Shown: in pieces, positions 1-11,051 of the stretch
Position numbering within the stretch: position 1 is the first letter of the stretch
Layout of the letters: the number at the start of each line of letters is the position of its first letter
Assembly: GCA_024704765.1 (NCBI GenBank)
Contig: JAKMXF010000302.1
Span: forward strand, 560,115 to 595,080
Direction of reading: 5' to 3'
From: Oopsacas minuta
Taxonomy: Eukaryota > Animalia > Porifera
DNA: 34,966 bases
Notes under the pieces: generated by a model
Seen by the model: only the letters and a program-made list of their open reading frames with translations
Told to the model about the DNA's origin: nothing
Database searches by the model: none
Program-made: the position numbers and the translations under genes

Positions 1-38
1 CTCAGGGATACGATGGTGCAAGTAACATGAGGGGATAT
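1..38 (+). mobile_element. hAT transposase remnant (QGYDGASNMRG motif), truncated
   Basis: Bases 3-38 read QGYDGASNMRGY, matching the SQGYDGAAVMSG motif of the hAT ORF at 33724-34965. Similarity is lost immediately afterwards. Confidence 0.55.
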
Positions 39-298
39 TTTCTATCTATGATGTCCATAACTATGTATTTATCGTGTTTATCAAGGAAGTAAATAGAATT
101 CAATAAACCTTCACAAAATATATCAACACATGCTGAATCCGAATATGATAATGTAAACAACATATTGTCAATAGTTAAGTACTATTAGGTACATCAAGTA
201 AACAAATTTCAAAATTGAGGTAGAATCACACTTTCAGACTATCTTGGGGTAATCGAGTATGCTAAACCTGAATATTGTAAACAACATCAATGCGTTGA

Positions 299-354
299 AT
301 ACCTCGAGGCGCAATGCGTCGAGTTCATCGCGAAGCGGCGAGGCTTTGGCTCGT
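299..354 (+). repeat. 56-bp GC-rich triple-hairpin repeat, copy A
   Basis: It matches the reverse complement of 30690-30745 at 48/56 positions. There are three consecutive short stems with 3-nt loops, including GCGAAGC. Confidence 0.75.
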
Positions 355-526
355 TCTAAGTAAATGACAAATGTAGGTTGACGAATAGGAATTACGACAT
401 GAGTTGATAAAAATAATACTCTCTAGTAAGGGATAAATGTACACCGAGTTAGAGTAACAACTGTTCTATCAAAGCATAACTTCAAAGCTATATCGTAGAA
501 CAACCAAAGCAAGCGGGTTGCTGTAT

Positions 527-766
527 TCAATTTATCGATGTTTTAGGAGAATTCAGATAAGGATCAGGTGCCAGAGTAACAATCTCAGGTCTGTCCTCCT
601 TCCTGTAAGTGAGACAGCGTCTGATGAAAGCCTTAGCCTCCTGGGTGATTGGAAGTTTCTCTAGGAATATAAACTCGTTTGCTTTCAGAATAGTCAATTG
701 ACGGAGAAGAGTCTTTTGACATAGTCCATCTTCAAAAGGCATTTTACCGAACAAACATTGATAAAA
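527..766 (-). pseudogene. TLK: Tousled-like kinase C-terminal fragment
   Basis: FYQCLFGKMPF...ILKANEFIF...[20 protein letters not shown]...LAPDPYL matches the TLK1/2 C-lobe (FYQCLYGRKPF...ILKATEV...[17 protein letters not shown]...LACDPYL). No upstream kinase subdomains are present. Confidence 0.88.
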
Positions 767-1162
767 AGTAAGATAACATTATCACTATGGAACAAGATCT
801 GGTACCAGAACAGCATACAGCTCCTGAAACCTCGCCTATGGACATAGATCCAGAGTATAAGGCAATGGACATAGGGACAGGCGATGAGATAATGGACTGG
901 TAAGATGTACCAGTCCATTACTCAGTCTCTCCTTCTACTCCTGCTCTATCTTAGATTTGGGAATATTTCCTGTAACAACAAAAGGAACGGATGACACAAT
1001 GTATGCTGCTCCTATGCCTATTCTAGTGTTCTTGGGAAAATATACACCCACTAACAGGGCCGTAGCAACCAAAGTAAAGTAGTCAGGTTAATAAGAAGGC
1101 CAGTTAGGTAGATTGATGGGCTTGGCATTTTTCATAAGGGCCAGGCTTTCTTGAAACTTTCT

Positions 1163-1450
1163 CTACTGTACCATAGGAATATCGAAGTGAAGAAACACGT
1201 CATCGTCTATGAAATATTTCCAACAAATGAAGACTTTTGCCATTTCCCATGCATTATCACTATGGAGAAGACTTCGCCATTCATCCGGCAATTCCTTTGA
1301 CCAATGATTCGCCATTTCAATCACTTTGATAACTAATCTCGTAAACAGTCTTTCGACCTCCTCTTGTTCATGAAATGAAATACACTCTCTCTCTCCCAGG
1401 ACGAAACAGTTAGGAACTAATAGAATAAAAGCTTCCTTAGCTGTCTCCAT
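1163..1450 (-). other. Orphan ORF remnant within repeat T (95 aa, METAKEAF...)
   Basis: The frame is open here and in the paralogous copy at 7732-8028. I recognise no domain. Confidence 0.35.
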
Positions 1451-2254
1451 TTGCTTGATTTAGTGACGTGGATCTATCGCTCTCTTCTTCATTTCCTTTC
1501 CTTTCCATTTAGTGACTTCCAGCTGGTTTCCCGTGCGCTTAAAGGAAGTTGAACTTGTTCTTGTGCAAGTTTCCTATAATACTGGGAAGACACTCTCCCT
1601 TCTTTCCTTGTTTTCCTAAAAATCTCGTAGCCCTCAGATTCTAATTTGTATCATTTAATACAGATTATCCATCGCTCTTGTTGATTGTGTCTGTAAAAAA
1701 AAAGAAAACAGTCCATAAGCCAGCATTGAATCCAAAAAATCCTTCAATCGACTCACAGCCTTGAAATCCTTCTACAATGACATCAAACTCATTCACTGCG
1801 TCTCTATTTCAATCATTTAGTTACAGTATCCTTGAATTTTTGCCTTCATTATTAGAACATCAGCACACATTATCCATTATTGTCAAAAAATGTCTATAAT
1901 TTAGTACACATTATCCATTATTGTCAAAAACACAACATCTAGAGCCCAAATTTCCCGTTCTTTAAAAAAACCATACCCCCTTCCAATGCGCCCCTTCTAT
2001 AGCTAATAAAATAAAAGTGCCGTCTCGTCCCGCTCCTATCAACCCCTGGTTTCTATAATTCTTTCATATTCATCTATAATCGTCTCCTTTTGTAACGCCA
2101 TTTCATTTTTCACTTTTTAGAACAGTTAGCTTTAATTAACATCCGGAAATTTTAACAGGCCCCCAAATTTGCCAACTTTTTCATCGTTTAACATAAACGA
2201 CTTACATACCTTTCTACATCTATAACATAGCCGCACATATACCCTCTACATCTC

Positions 2255-3490
2255 TCCTACAACAACACTTGCAACACTAATCAAAAAAACAACAATTCCT
2301 ACAAACAACAATTGCAAACTACATTATATAAGCAATACTCTGCAACATAACTAAATTCCTTCAACAACACTTGCAAACCTTCAAATAGCAGCAAAACAAC
2401 AATCCATATAACAACATTAGCAACATTAAGCACCAAAGACCATCAAAACAACAATACCTCTAACAACATTTGCAAACTACAACAGATAAGCAATACACTT
2501 CAACATAGCATTATCCCTACAACAACACTTGCAACATCAATCAAAACTACAATTCCTACAACAACAGTTGCAAACTACAACATACAAGCAACCTACTGCA
2601 ACATAGCTTAATTCCTACAACAACATTTGCAAACCTCCAAATAACAGCAAAACTATAATTCCTCATATAACAGTTGCAAACCACTGCAACACAACACAAT
2701 TCCTACAACAACATTTGCAATATTAACCTCAAAATAACAGAAACTAACAACATTTGCAAACTACAATATATAAACACTACAGCACCTTTGCAACATTAAC
2801 CCCAAAAAATAACAGCAAAACAACAACAACACATCGCAAATACAGCACAATTCTCCTACAACAACCTTTGCAAACCTCTAAATAACAGCAAAACTATAAT
2901 CCTTCATACAACAGTTGCAAACCACTGCAACATAACACAATTCCTACAACAACATTTGCAACACTTACCTCAAAACAACAAGAAACCAACAACATTTGCA
3001 AACTACAATATATAAACACTACAGCATCTTTTGCAACATTAACCCCAAAAAAATAACACCAACACAACAACAACACATCGCAAATACAGCACAATTCCTA
3101 CAACAACAACATAGCCCACAACTTCCCCTTCATAATACCTACAATGCAAACTGTAAAGCACCTCTACAACAACATTTGCAATATAAATATTACTACAACA
3201 GCAACACAACATTTGCAATATAAATATTACTACAACAGCAATACAACACTTGCAACATAAACAGCAATATAACACACAAGCAATATTCTACAACTTTCCC
3301 ACTACAACATTTTAACTAAAAAACTCTTCCACTACAACATTTATACAGTATCCTGCAACAGCACTACATCGCAATACAGTAACACATTGCAACAAAGCAA
3401 TACACTGCAATATAGCAATACATTGCAACATAGGATTACTTCCAATACTCACCAGAAGACACCCAATGCATACACAACGACACAAAACAG
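2255..3490. repeat. CAA-rich minisatellite / low-complexity array with ~240-bp higher-order period
   Basis: At least 15 copies of CAACAACA(T/C/G)TTGCAA are present. Blocks at ~2620-2860 and ~2860-3100 align, and a 38-bp unit is duplicated at ~3166-3240. The + strand is strongly G-poor. Confidence 0.85.
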
Positions 3491-3742
3491 ACACATATCA
3501 ATAGGCAATTTATGGACACAATTACAGGCACATTCTCAAAGCTGAAATCTAATACCTCAAGTACAGTTGAAAAGTGTATAAATACACGAAAGTCTTATGT
3601 TTTTCACTTCTGTTAATTAGCTCTCTGAACTATTAAAAGTAACTTATTTACCTTGCTAAATACAGGCAAGTTCTGACATTTGGTACTTCTGTTCTTTTAT
3701 TTCTGCAACATTAAAACTTAATTATTACCTTGCTCAAAAACA

Positions 3743-3971
3743 TTCCTTAACTGTCTCCATTTGCTTGATTTAGTGACCAGGTTTATCTATTGCTCTCTTC
3801 TTCATTTCCTTAGTTTAGTGACTTCTCCTTTGTATAGAACAACAATAACTTGGTTACAGTATCCAGTAGCCATCTACCTTCATTCATTGTAAATGAGTAC
3901 ACTTTATCTATGTTCTGTCCTTTGAATTAGCCTATAATACGGTCAAGACACTCTCCCTTGTTTCCTTGTTT
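3743..3971. repeat. Partial copy of repeat T (right-hand ~230 bp)
   Basis: It aligns to ~8003-8231 and ends at the same GACACTCTCCCTTGTTTCCTTGTTTT boundary. Confidence 0.85.
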
Positions 3972-4225
3972 TTTTAAAAAAAGTCACTTCTCAGCTATAA
4001 TCCAACAAAACTACACTCCTGCCGTCCGCACTATTATCTACCCATTCTCCACATAAAATTTCAACGGTAAATGCCATGTTATCAGTAATTTACAGGCTAT
4101 TTATATAGCCACTTCGTTCCATGACTTAAACTATCTTTGATTATATATTCCATTTTCTATGTTTATTCATGGAAGTCGTTACTAGTTAAAAATATACTAA
4201 AATAGAATCGTTGTATTATATATAT

Positions 4226-4474
4226 TTAGTCAGAATCTTTATCTACTGCTGGATTACTCTCTAACCTTGGTATTTGTGCTTGTAGCTCAGTCTCTCTCTT
4301 GTTAGCCTCTGATAACAGAATCTCTAACTCATTAACCGTGTACTTTTCCTGTTCTACCTGGTCTCTTGAAGTAGTAAGGTCTGTTTGCCTGGAATTAACT
4401 GCTAACTCAGCATCTGCTACTTCCTTTCTTAGCTTACTTATTGTTTGAGACAATTCTGTATTGATTGAAACCAT
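4226..4474 (-). CDS. Short predicted coiled-coil ORF (82 aa), possibly a terminal exon or remnant
   Basis: The frame is open, with heptad-like L/E/K/Q composition unlike the flanking AT-rich DNA. I recognise no family. Confidence 0.35.
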   Translation of the reverse strand: MVSINTELSQTISKLRKEVADAELAVNSRQTDLTTSRDQVEQEKYTVNELEILLSEANKRETELQAQIPRLESNPAVDKDSD

Positions 4475-4559
4475 CTGTCCTAACCTAGTACGGGTTCACT
4501 CAACTATAAATAGGAAATTATGAGATCGAACTCAGTCAAAATGTATTATAACAATCAGG

Positions 4560-4592
<33 letters not shown>
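4560..4592. repeat. (ATT)11 microsatellite next to an N
   Basis: Read directly from the sequence; the N is at 4596. Confidence 0.95.
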
Positions 4593-4854
4593 GTTNGTGG
4601 GATTTACTTTCATTTTACATCGGTTTTTTCTGACAATATTTCCGTGCAATGGAATAGTGAGAAATCCGGTTTCTACTTAAATATAACTCAAATATTTGGC
4701 ATAAGTATGCCAAATGAAAATATCAATTCGACCGGACTTAGTTCAACTAGGGTTGCTATGAGCGAAATTCGTAACAACAGGCTTAAATTCGATAGCTTTT
4801 GTCCTAAAGGGTGTAATAAATAACCATATTATTACCGGAATTTCGTTGTATTTA

Positions 4855-5493
4855 TTGCAGTCCAATTGCACTTGGACCCGAGTACTTAGTCTAATTGGAC
4901 TTGGACTAGTTCAAGTGCTATTAAACCTAACTCTACGATAATGGGTGGATTCAATAACTCAATTACGTTATACACGATTATCAAGGGTTCTGAGGGTCAA
5001 TGTCCGAACTTGAGAATAACTAATCAGCATTTACGTAGGTTTATTAAAAACAGCCGTGATTATTATATCAGAAATTACAAGATTTTGTTGATTGGAAGAG
5101 TATAAGTTATCAAAATAATCAACATATTGTAAAGGCAGGTGTTTGTGGCTGTATTTCTTTTCTTCTTTAGGAAGAATAACTATATATACATATACCGACC
5201 GTTCTAAGATTTTGCTAATCTATTTACAATTTTACAATATTCAGTACTTCTAGCATTGACAGATAGTAAAATATTTCAGAGGCTAATTTCCTGTAGCTAT
5301 TGTTTACAACAACTATATAGAATCAGGCTTTATTGACATTCGTGATATACGTATATAACGTAATTAAGTTATTGAATCCACAGCATTAGCTTGAAGTTGG
5401 ATTCCAATAGCACTTGATCTAGTCCAAGTCCAATTAGACTAACTACTCGGGTCCAAGTGCACTTAGACCAGTCGAACTGCACTTGGACTGCAA
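4855..5493. mobile_element. MITE-like element with ~65-90 bp imperfect inverted termini
   Basis: TTGCAGTCCAATTGCACTTGGACCCGAGTACTTAGTCTAATTGGACTTGGACTAG... at 4855 is mirrored at 5408-5493, where the right arm has an extra ~22 nt. No clear TSD. Confidence 0.75.
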
Positions 5494-5690
5494 CAGATAT
5501 ATATTCTACCTCTTTAATGTATAAAATAGCCACTTAGCGTAGAGTATATATCAATTTTGTTAGAATTTTGGTCAATTTAGTTAGCTTTTTGATTATTTTT
5601 GTTAGACTTTTGAGTAATTTTGTTTGACATTTTACAAATTTGGTCGACTTTTAGCGAATTTTAGTAGAGGCAAGTCTGACATTAAATATA

Positions 5691-5759
5691 CAGTAGAACT
5701 CGGATAAGACGTACCCCCTCGGGAAACAGAAATTAGTACGTCTTATCCGGGTTCTACTG
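5691..5759. mobile_element. 69-bp Tc1/mariner-pogo-type mini-MITE
   Basis: 24-bp TIRs CAGTAGAAC(T/C)CGGATAAGACGTAC with 1 mismatch, flanked by TA on both sides. Confidence 0.85.
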
Positions 5760-6117
5760 TATTTTGTTAACCTAATAAATAGCACCCATTCTATAATGCC
5801 ATAATTAATCTATTCAATTAATATACGTACTATGTGGCCATTTCACGAAAAAAATGGTCCGAGGCCAAATCCTACTATTTAGCCAAAGGTACTGAATATG
5901 AATCTGGTGTATGACGGGCTGAGAATGTAGCCCATCCCTAGGTACGCCATTTGCCCTTTCTTGTTTCAGAACCTGTATTTGTGGGGACCCCTACATCTGC
6001 AGGGGTCCCATGCCACGTGAGCCGCCCTTCTCCATATATATTTCATTAATTATTTTTGTCACCTATATCAGAGAGTTTTCTTCTAGATATTAGAAAAAGA
6101 AAACTCTCAGAGGTTGA

Positions 6118-6490
6118 CCCTTATACACTAGTGTGGAAGTAACTTTATGTTAATAGTGGTGATATAGAGAAGTCACACTTTTGGCAGTGCACTAATATTA
6201 AATATATAAGTAAATCAACTATGTTTGTAATTCGCACTAAAAACAATTGAAATTCAATTGGCAATAAATACTAATCATTGTTCCAGTCATTAAAATATAT
6301 CCAAAACTAGAATTCTAGTCAAACTCACCTCTGCAATTATTGCACACGTAGTATTGGTCTGAATGGTCAACACAAATATTGATCTCACAGTAATAACAAG
6401 TTGTTGCTACCTTTCTGTCAAGTTTGCGTGTACAAAGATAACAGCGTTTCATAGCTTTCTTTTTCGTGTTGATAGAAGCTGATGCAGGTG
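6118..6490 (-). mobile_element. piggyBac transposase C-terminal cysteine-rich domain remnant with probable right end
   Basis: KRCYLCTRKLDRKVATTCYYCEINICVDHSDQYYVCNNC (ORF 6315-6626) has the RCxxC...CxxC...CxxH...CxxC pattern of the piggyBac CRD. A possible degenerate end TTGA|CCCT lies at 6114-6121. Confidence 0.75.
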
Positions 6491-6620
6491 TAAATGAGGA
6501 AGTAGATTCATTAGGAAGAATAGATGTAAGAGAAGAAGTTTCACTAGCAACAGTATTTTCAATAGAAGTAGTAGGAAAAATGCAATCAATAGGATCGTTA
6601 GGAGGTAAAGCAACTGGTAG

Positions 6621-7025
6621 GAACACCAGGTGTAGGATTGTAATGAGGAGACCAATTGGATGAATTCCCCTCCAGAATTCCCTTGAGCAGGAAATAGACG
6701 GAGGAGTCTAGCTGTATTTAGTTCACATGTGATTTTGCTGGTGATTTTAATGCTTATTTATTGGAGCATGAAAACGATCTTTATTGGGATACGGACTGTT
6801 CGGTACGTAGACATTTCGTTATGTTATTAAGATGTATAGTAGAAAGTGGTAAATATTTACTGTTAATGCTAGATTAATGAATGGGAAATATTGAAACAAA
6901 ATGATATGTAATGATAAGGAGAGTGTGCACTAGTTTTATGTCTCGTTTAGGCCAATTCTATGTGCCACTCTACGTATATATTCCATGGCTAGTGTATGAA
7001 AGTATCCGGATATCCGACTATTAAG
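6621..7025. repeat. Dispersed ~405-bp repeat 'G', copy 1
   Basis: Direct, highly similar copy at 18229-18630. It ends just after the palindrome CGGATATCCG. Confidence 0.9.
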
Positions 7026-7095
7026 CTAACTGTTCTATCAAAGCATAACTTCAAAGCTATATCGTAGAACAACCAAAGCAAGCGGGTTGCTGTAT

Positions 7096-7336
7096 TCAAT
7101 TTATCGATGTTTTAGGAGATTTCAGATAAGGATCAGGTGCCAGAGTAACAATGTCAGGTCTGTCCTCCTTCCTGTAAGTGAGACAGCGTCTGATGAAAGC
7201 CTTAGCCTCCTGGGTGATTGGAGGTTTCTCTAGGAATATAAACTTCGTTTGCTTTCAGAATAGTCAATTGACGGAGAAGAGTCTTTTGACATAGTCCATC
7301 TCCAAAAGGCATTTTACCGAACAAACATTGATAAAA
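7096..7336 (-). pseudogene. TLK: Tousled-like kinase C-terminal fragment, frameshifted copy
   Basis: Paralog of 527-766 with one extra base (AAACTTCGTTT versus AAACTCGTTT) that breaks the frame. Confidence 0.85.
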
Positions 7337-7731
7337 AGTAAGATAACATTAGCACTATGGAACAAGATCTGGTACCAGAACAGCATACAGCTCCTGAAAC
7401 CTCGCCTATGGACATAGATCCAGAGTATAAGGCAATGGACATAGGGACAGGCGATGAGATAATGGACTGGTAAGATGTACCAGTCCATTACTCAGTCTCT
7501 CCTTCTACTCCTGCTTCATCTTAGATTTGGGAATATTTCCTGCAACAACAAAAGGAACACGACACAATGTATGCTGCTCTTATGCCTATTCTAGTGTTCT
7601 TGGGAAAATATACATCCACTAACAGGGCCGTAACAACCAAACTAAAAGTAGTCAGGTTAATAAGAAGGCCAGTTAGGTAGATTGATGGGCTTGGCATTTT
7701 TCATAAGGACCAGGCTTTCTTGAAACTTTCT

Positions 7732-8028
7732 CTACTGTACCATAGGAATATCCAAGTGAAGTAACACGTCATCGTCTTTGAAATATTTCCAACAAATGAA
7801 CACTTTTGCCATTTCCAATGCATTATCTCTATGGAGAAATCTTCGCCATTCATCTGGCAATTCTTTTGACCAATGATTCGCCATTTCAAACACTTCGATA
7901 ACTAATCTCGTAAACAGTCTCTCGTCTTCCTCTTGTTCTTCAATTGAAATACACTCTCCCTCTCCCAGGACGAAACAGTTAGGAACTAATACAATAAAAC
8001 CTTCCTTAACTGTCTTCATTTGCTTCAT
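7732..8028 (-). other. Orphan ORF remnant within repeat T, copy 2 (98 aa)
   Basis: Paralog of 1163-1450 with an open frame. Confidence 0.35.
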
Positions 8029-8253
8029 TTAGTGACTCGGTCTATCTATCGCTCTCTTCTTCATTTCCTTGGTTTAGTGACTTCTCCTTTGTATAGAATA
8101 ACGATAACTTGGTTACAGTATCCAGTATCCATTTGCCTTTATTCTTGTTAACTGAGTACACTTTATCTATGTGTCAGTCCTTTGAATTAGCCTATAATAC
8201 GGTCAAGACACTCTCCCTTGTTTCCTTGTTTTCAAAAAAGTTTATCATTTTAG

Positions 8254-8384
8254 AAAATCCTCATGTCTACTGCTACTCATTAATACCTATCGGAATTGCT
8301 ACTATAATTGCTCTATCTTTCATCCCGGGTTTACTCTGGTGTTGTTGTAAGAAAGGGAGACGGAATGGAGACCCAGTTCCAAAG
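8254..8384 (+). other. Isolated exon-like segment encoding a single transmembrane helix plus Cys cluster and basic stop-transfer
   Basis: Bounded by TTTTAG| and AAG|GTGAGA. It reads ENPHVYCYSLIPIGIATIIALSFIPGLLWCCCKKGRRNGDPVPK. Confidence 0.45.
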
Positions 8385-9810
8385 GTGAGACATTTCTGAG
8401 AATATTGCCGCTTATGCCTGTAAATAACTTTTGGACATTATTATCATCACTTTATCGGTGAAAATTATTACCTATTAATACATAACACCCTAAGGGAGGA
8501 CAAATGAATGTCAGTAACAGCAATATACAATTTCGGACATCAAAATTGGAATATTATATACATATAAAGCCAATGAAGTTTTGAGTTTCCTCTGGCTTGG
8601 TACCAAGTTAGGTGCCAAAGCGCCCCTCACTCCTCCCTAAGACCCGAATTGACATCTATTTTTTAGAATAATTATATACTTATATCCCTAGAATCACATT
8701 ATACTTCCCTATATCATTAGGAAGTATTAAGGTAAACCTTGTGGCTATTATAATTGTATTTACAACAACACTGAGCTCAGCATTTGCTTGAATACATCAA
8801 AATTCAATGGAATGATTTGATCCATAATGATGAGACAAACGAACTTAGTTTGTATAGCAAATATATGTGCTAAGCATTCAGGAGGGATACTCATGCTAAC
8901 TGATTTATAATTCCCCAAATACTTTTTGACATATTTTTGGGAAATACGCATTGAAAGCAATTGTAACCGATTTAGGATTATCAATAATTCTTAGCACCGT
9001 TCCAAAAATGGTTAATTACGATCGAATTATTACACTAGTAGAGCATACTAATGAGATTATTATCAGACATATGGTAACAAACCCAACAAATACTAATAAG
9101 TAATTCAATTTATCTTCAGCCGCCGATTAGAAGTTAATAGTATTTCTTCAAGAATGAGCAAATATACAATATTGGATATATTTTCAATATAGTAACACTT
9201 CTATTAGCCTATTTCCTTCCAATTTACTGATGAACTTGCGTGTAATTATTGTATTATTATCTGCCAAACACAAATACAATTAATAATACACTAATATTAT
9301 AAGATAATGTTAGTTATAAACCTTTTAATAGCTTTGTAATTTGTTTATTCTTTAATCGTGTTTTCATAATGTTGGTGTTTATCTATTATGGGTTTCAAGT
9401 TATGCGTTGGACGTGTACGGTGCTATTTCGAATTTGCTTGAAACTGGCTAGAAAGTGTATAACTTTTCTGACTAGTAGGAAAATTATTCCTGAAAAATGG
9501 TGAGTAAACCCTAACAGAATATGATTTATCAATTCGTGTTTCAGATCGTATATGGAAATGTAGGCAGACATTTGCCTAACACAGCCAATTTTCCTTACAA
9601 CAGATAGAATCATAATTTGACTTATTTTCATTATCTGCAATTATACGAATTCTTCAACTTGTATGTCACGTTATTATACACATAACGTATGTCACGTTGT
9701 AGTAATATGACCGTCGTATAATCCATTGTATAATTTCATATTAATTAATATTTCTCTGTGAAGTTTATCGATTTTTATTTGCAATAATTAAATATTTGTA
9801 TTATCCACAG

Positions 9811-10833
9811 GTAACGGGAGATATAGAGAGGTTAGTTGTCGGATATTTTTTATTTCATATTATTCCCTTTACAATTTATCTTTTTCAATAATTAACAATC
9901 TTTGTTCTGCGTTTACTTCTGTTTTATCTTTTACTTAGCTATCCAGGAGCTCCATCTACTCTTGGATCTCTATCTGGTAATTCTATACTATTAATTGTAC
10001 TCTTTCGGAATATTGGTTTAATTGTGTTTTAGGATCACATGAGAGTAACCAGCGTGAGTCAAGATTAACAGATTACTTGTTAGCCTCTTATGCTCGTGAA
10101 CCAGGTATCTCCAAGATCAGATCGCCTCCAAAATATTATACAAGAGAAGCATCACAGACTGAACATGTAATGTGTCCTTCCCAAGTTCCTACAGCTGTTA
10201 AAATTGGTGATGATTTCAAAATTAGTGAAAAACAGAAAATAGAAGACTTAAGAAACTCTGAAATTATCGTTACTAATTCGATTGAATCCCAAACTAGCAT
10301 TAACTCGAATTCTTCACATAAACGCCGTATTCCAGCAGATGCCCCTGAGGACGATGTGGTTGATATGAATATTAAAAAATCTCGACTTTCAAACGACTTG
10401 AATTTAGAAGAGAGCTTAGGTAAAGTCCGTCAGGATACTGAGGACATTATTAATGCAGGTCCCCAGGAATTAAGGATGGTAGAAAGTAGCGAAGGATCGA
10501 ATTGTAAGTTCTATAGAGAATAGTGCTCGAACTTTTAAAATATATTTAATATTACCCGCACTAATTTGTAAATTTCAAATTACAAGTATGTAAATATCAT
10601 TGCGTCTATTCTGTTTCCTTATAGTTTCAGATTGTATCCCTTCTCCCACACACACGGTTAAAACTGAATATCAAACCGCTAATAATTCGGAAACTGATTA
10701 TCAACCTATCGATGGCAATGAAGATTATGAAACCAACTCTCTTTTGTCTATATTGGAGTCCCAAAAGTTTGCGTGTGATCCAAAAAACACCGCAAACTAC
10801 TTTCAATGGATCCACCAAACTATTGGGACTGAC

Positions 10834-10866
<33 letters not shown>

Positions 10867-11051
10867 AAGTTACTATCCTCTCAATTATATCCAGATTCTA
10901 TACTGATATCTTCTATCGGAAATGTGAGTTGTATAATACACATTCCTAAAATTCCTAAACTTGAGGTTATAACTATGAGGTAATTTGTTTTCTTTAAATT
11001 TCCATATTTCAGGCATTACTTAAAACCCGAAATTACTCCGTAACTAATTGA
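9811..11051 (+). CDS. Spliced gene of unknown function with polyQ10; predicted exons 9811-9830, 9939-9976, 10033-10503, 10631-10923, 11013-11051 (5' end not found)
   Basis: All introns are GT-AG and the phases are mutually compatible (2,1,1,0). They give a continuous frame VTGDIESYPGAPSTLGSLSGSHESNQRESRLTDYLLAS...QQQQQQQQQQ...ALLKTRNYSVTN*. (CAA)10 lies at 10837-10866. Confidence 0.62.

Larger units (their letters stand above)
459..1614. repeat. Composite dispersed repeat 'T', copy 1 (TLK fragment + MEQD ORF + orphan minus-strand ORF)
   Basis: It is colinear and highly similar to 7028-8231 (offset ~6569). Partial copies lie at 3743-3971 and 15188-15423. Confidence 0.9.
7028..8231. repeat. 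Composite dispersed repeat 'T', copy 2
   Basis: Colinear with 459-1614, and starts 2-3 bp after repeat G copy 1. Confidence 0.9.

Noticed and set aside
694-918. 74-aa ORF MDWYILPVH... (and its copy 7264-7488)
   Set aside because: It is antisense to the MEQD ORF and overlaps the TLK junction. Its conservation is explained by the DNA duplication.
2894-3494. ORFs 2894-3094, 2996-3223, 3039-3275 and 3312-3494
   Set aside because: They are by-products of the low-complexity CAA/TTG repeat, with C/V-rich or Q/T-rich composition and no domain.
6738-6760. AGDFNA peptide in repeat G resembling a non-LTR retrotransposon endonuclease motif
   Set aside because: No other APE motifs or reverse transcriptase are nearby, so a 6-residue match is not sufficient.
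8760-8984. SIPPECLAHIFA resembling an F-box start
   Set aside because: The rest of the F-box pattern is absent, and there is no supporting exon structure.
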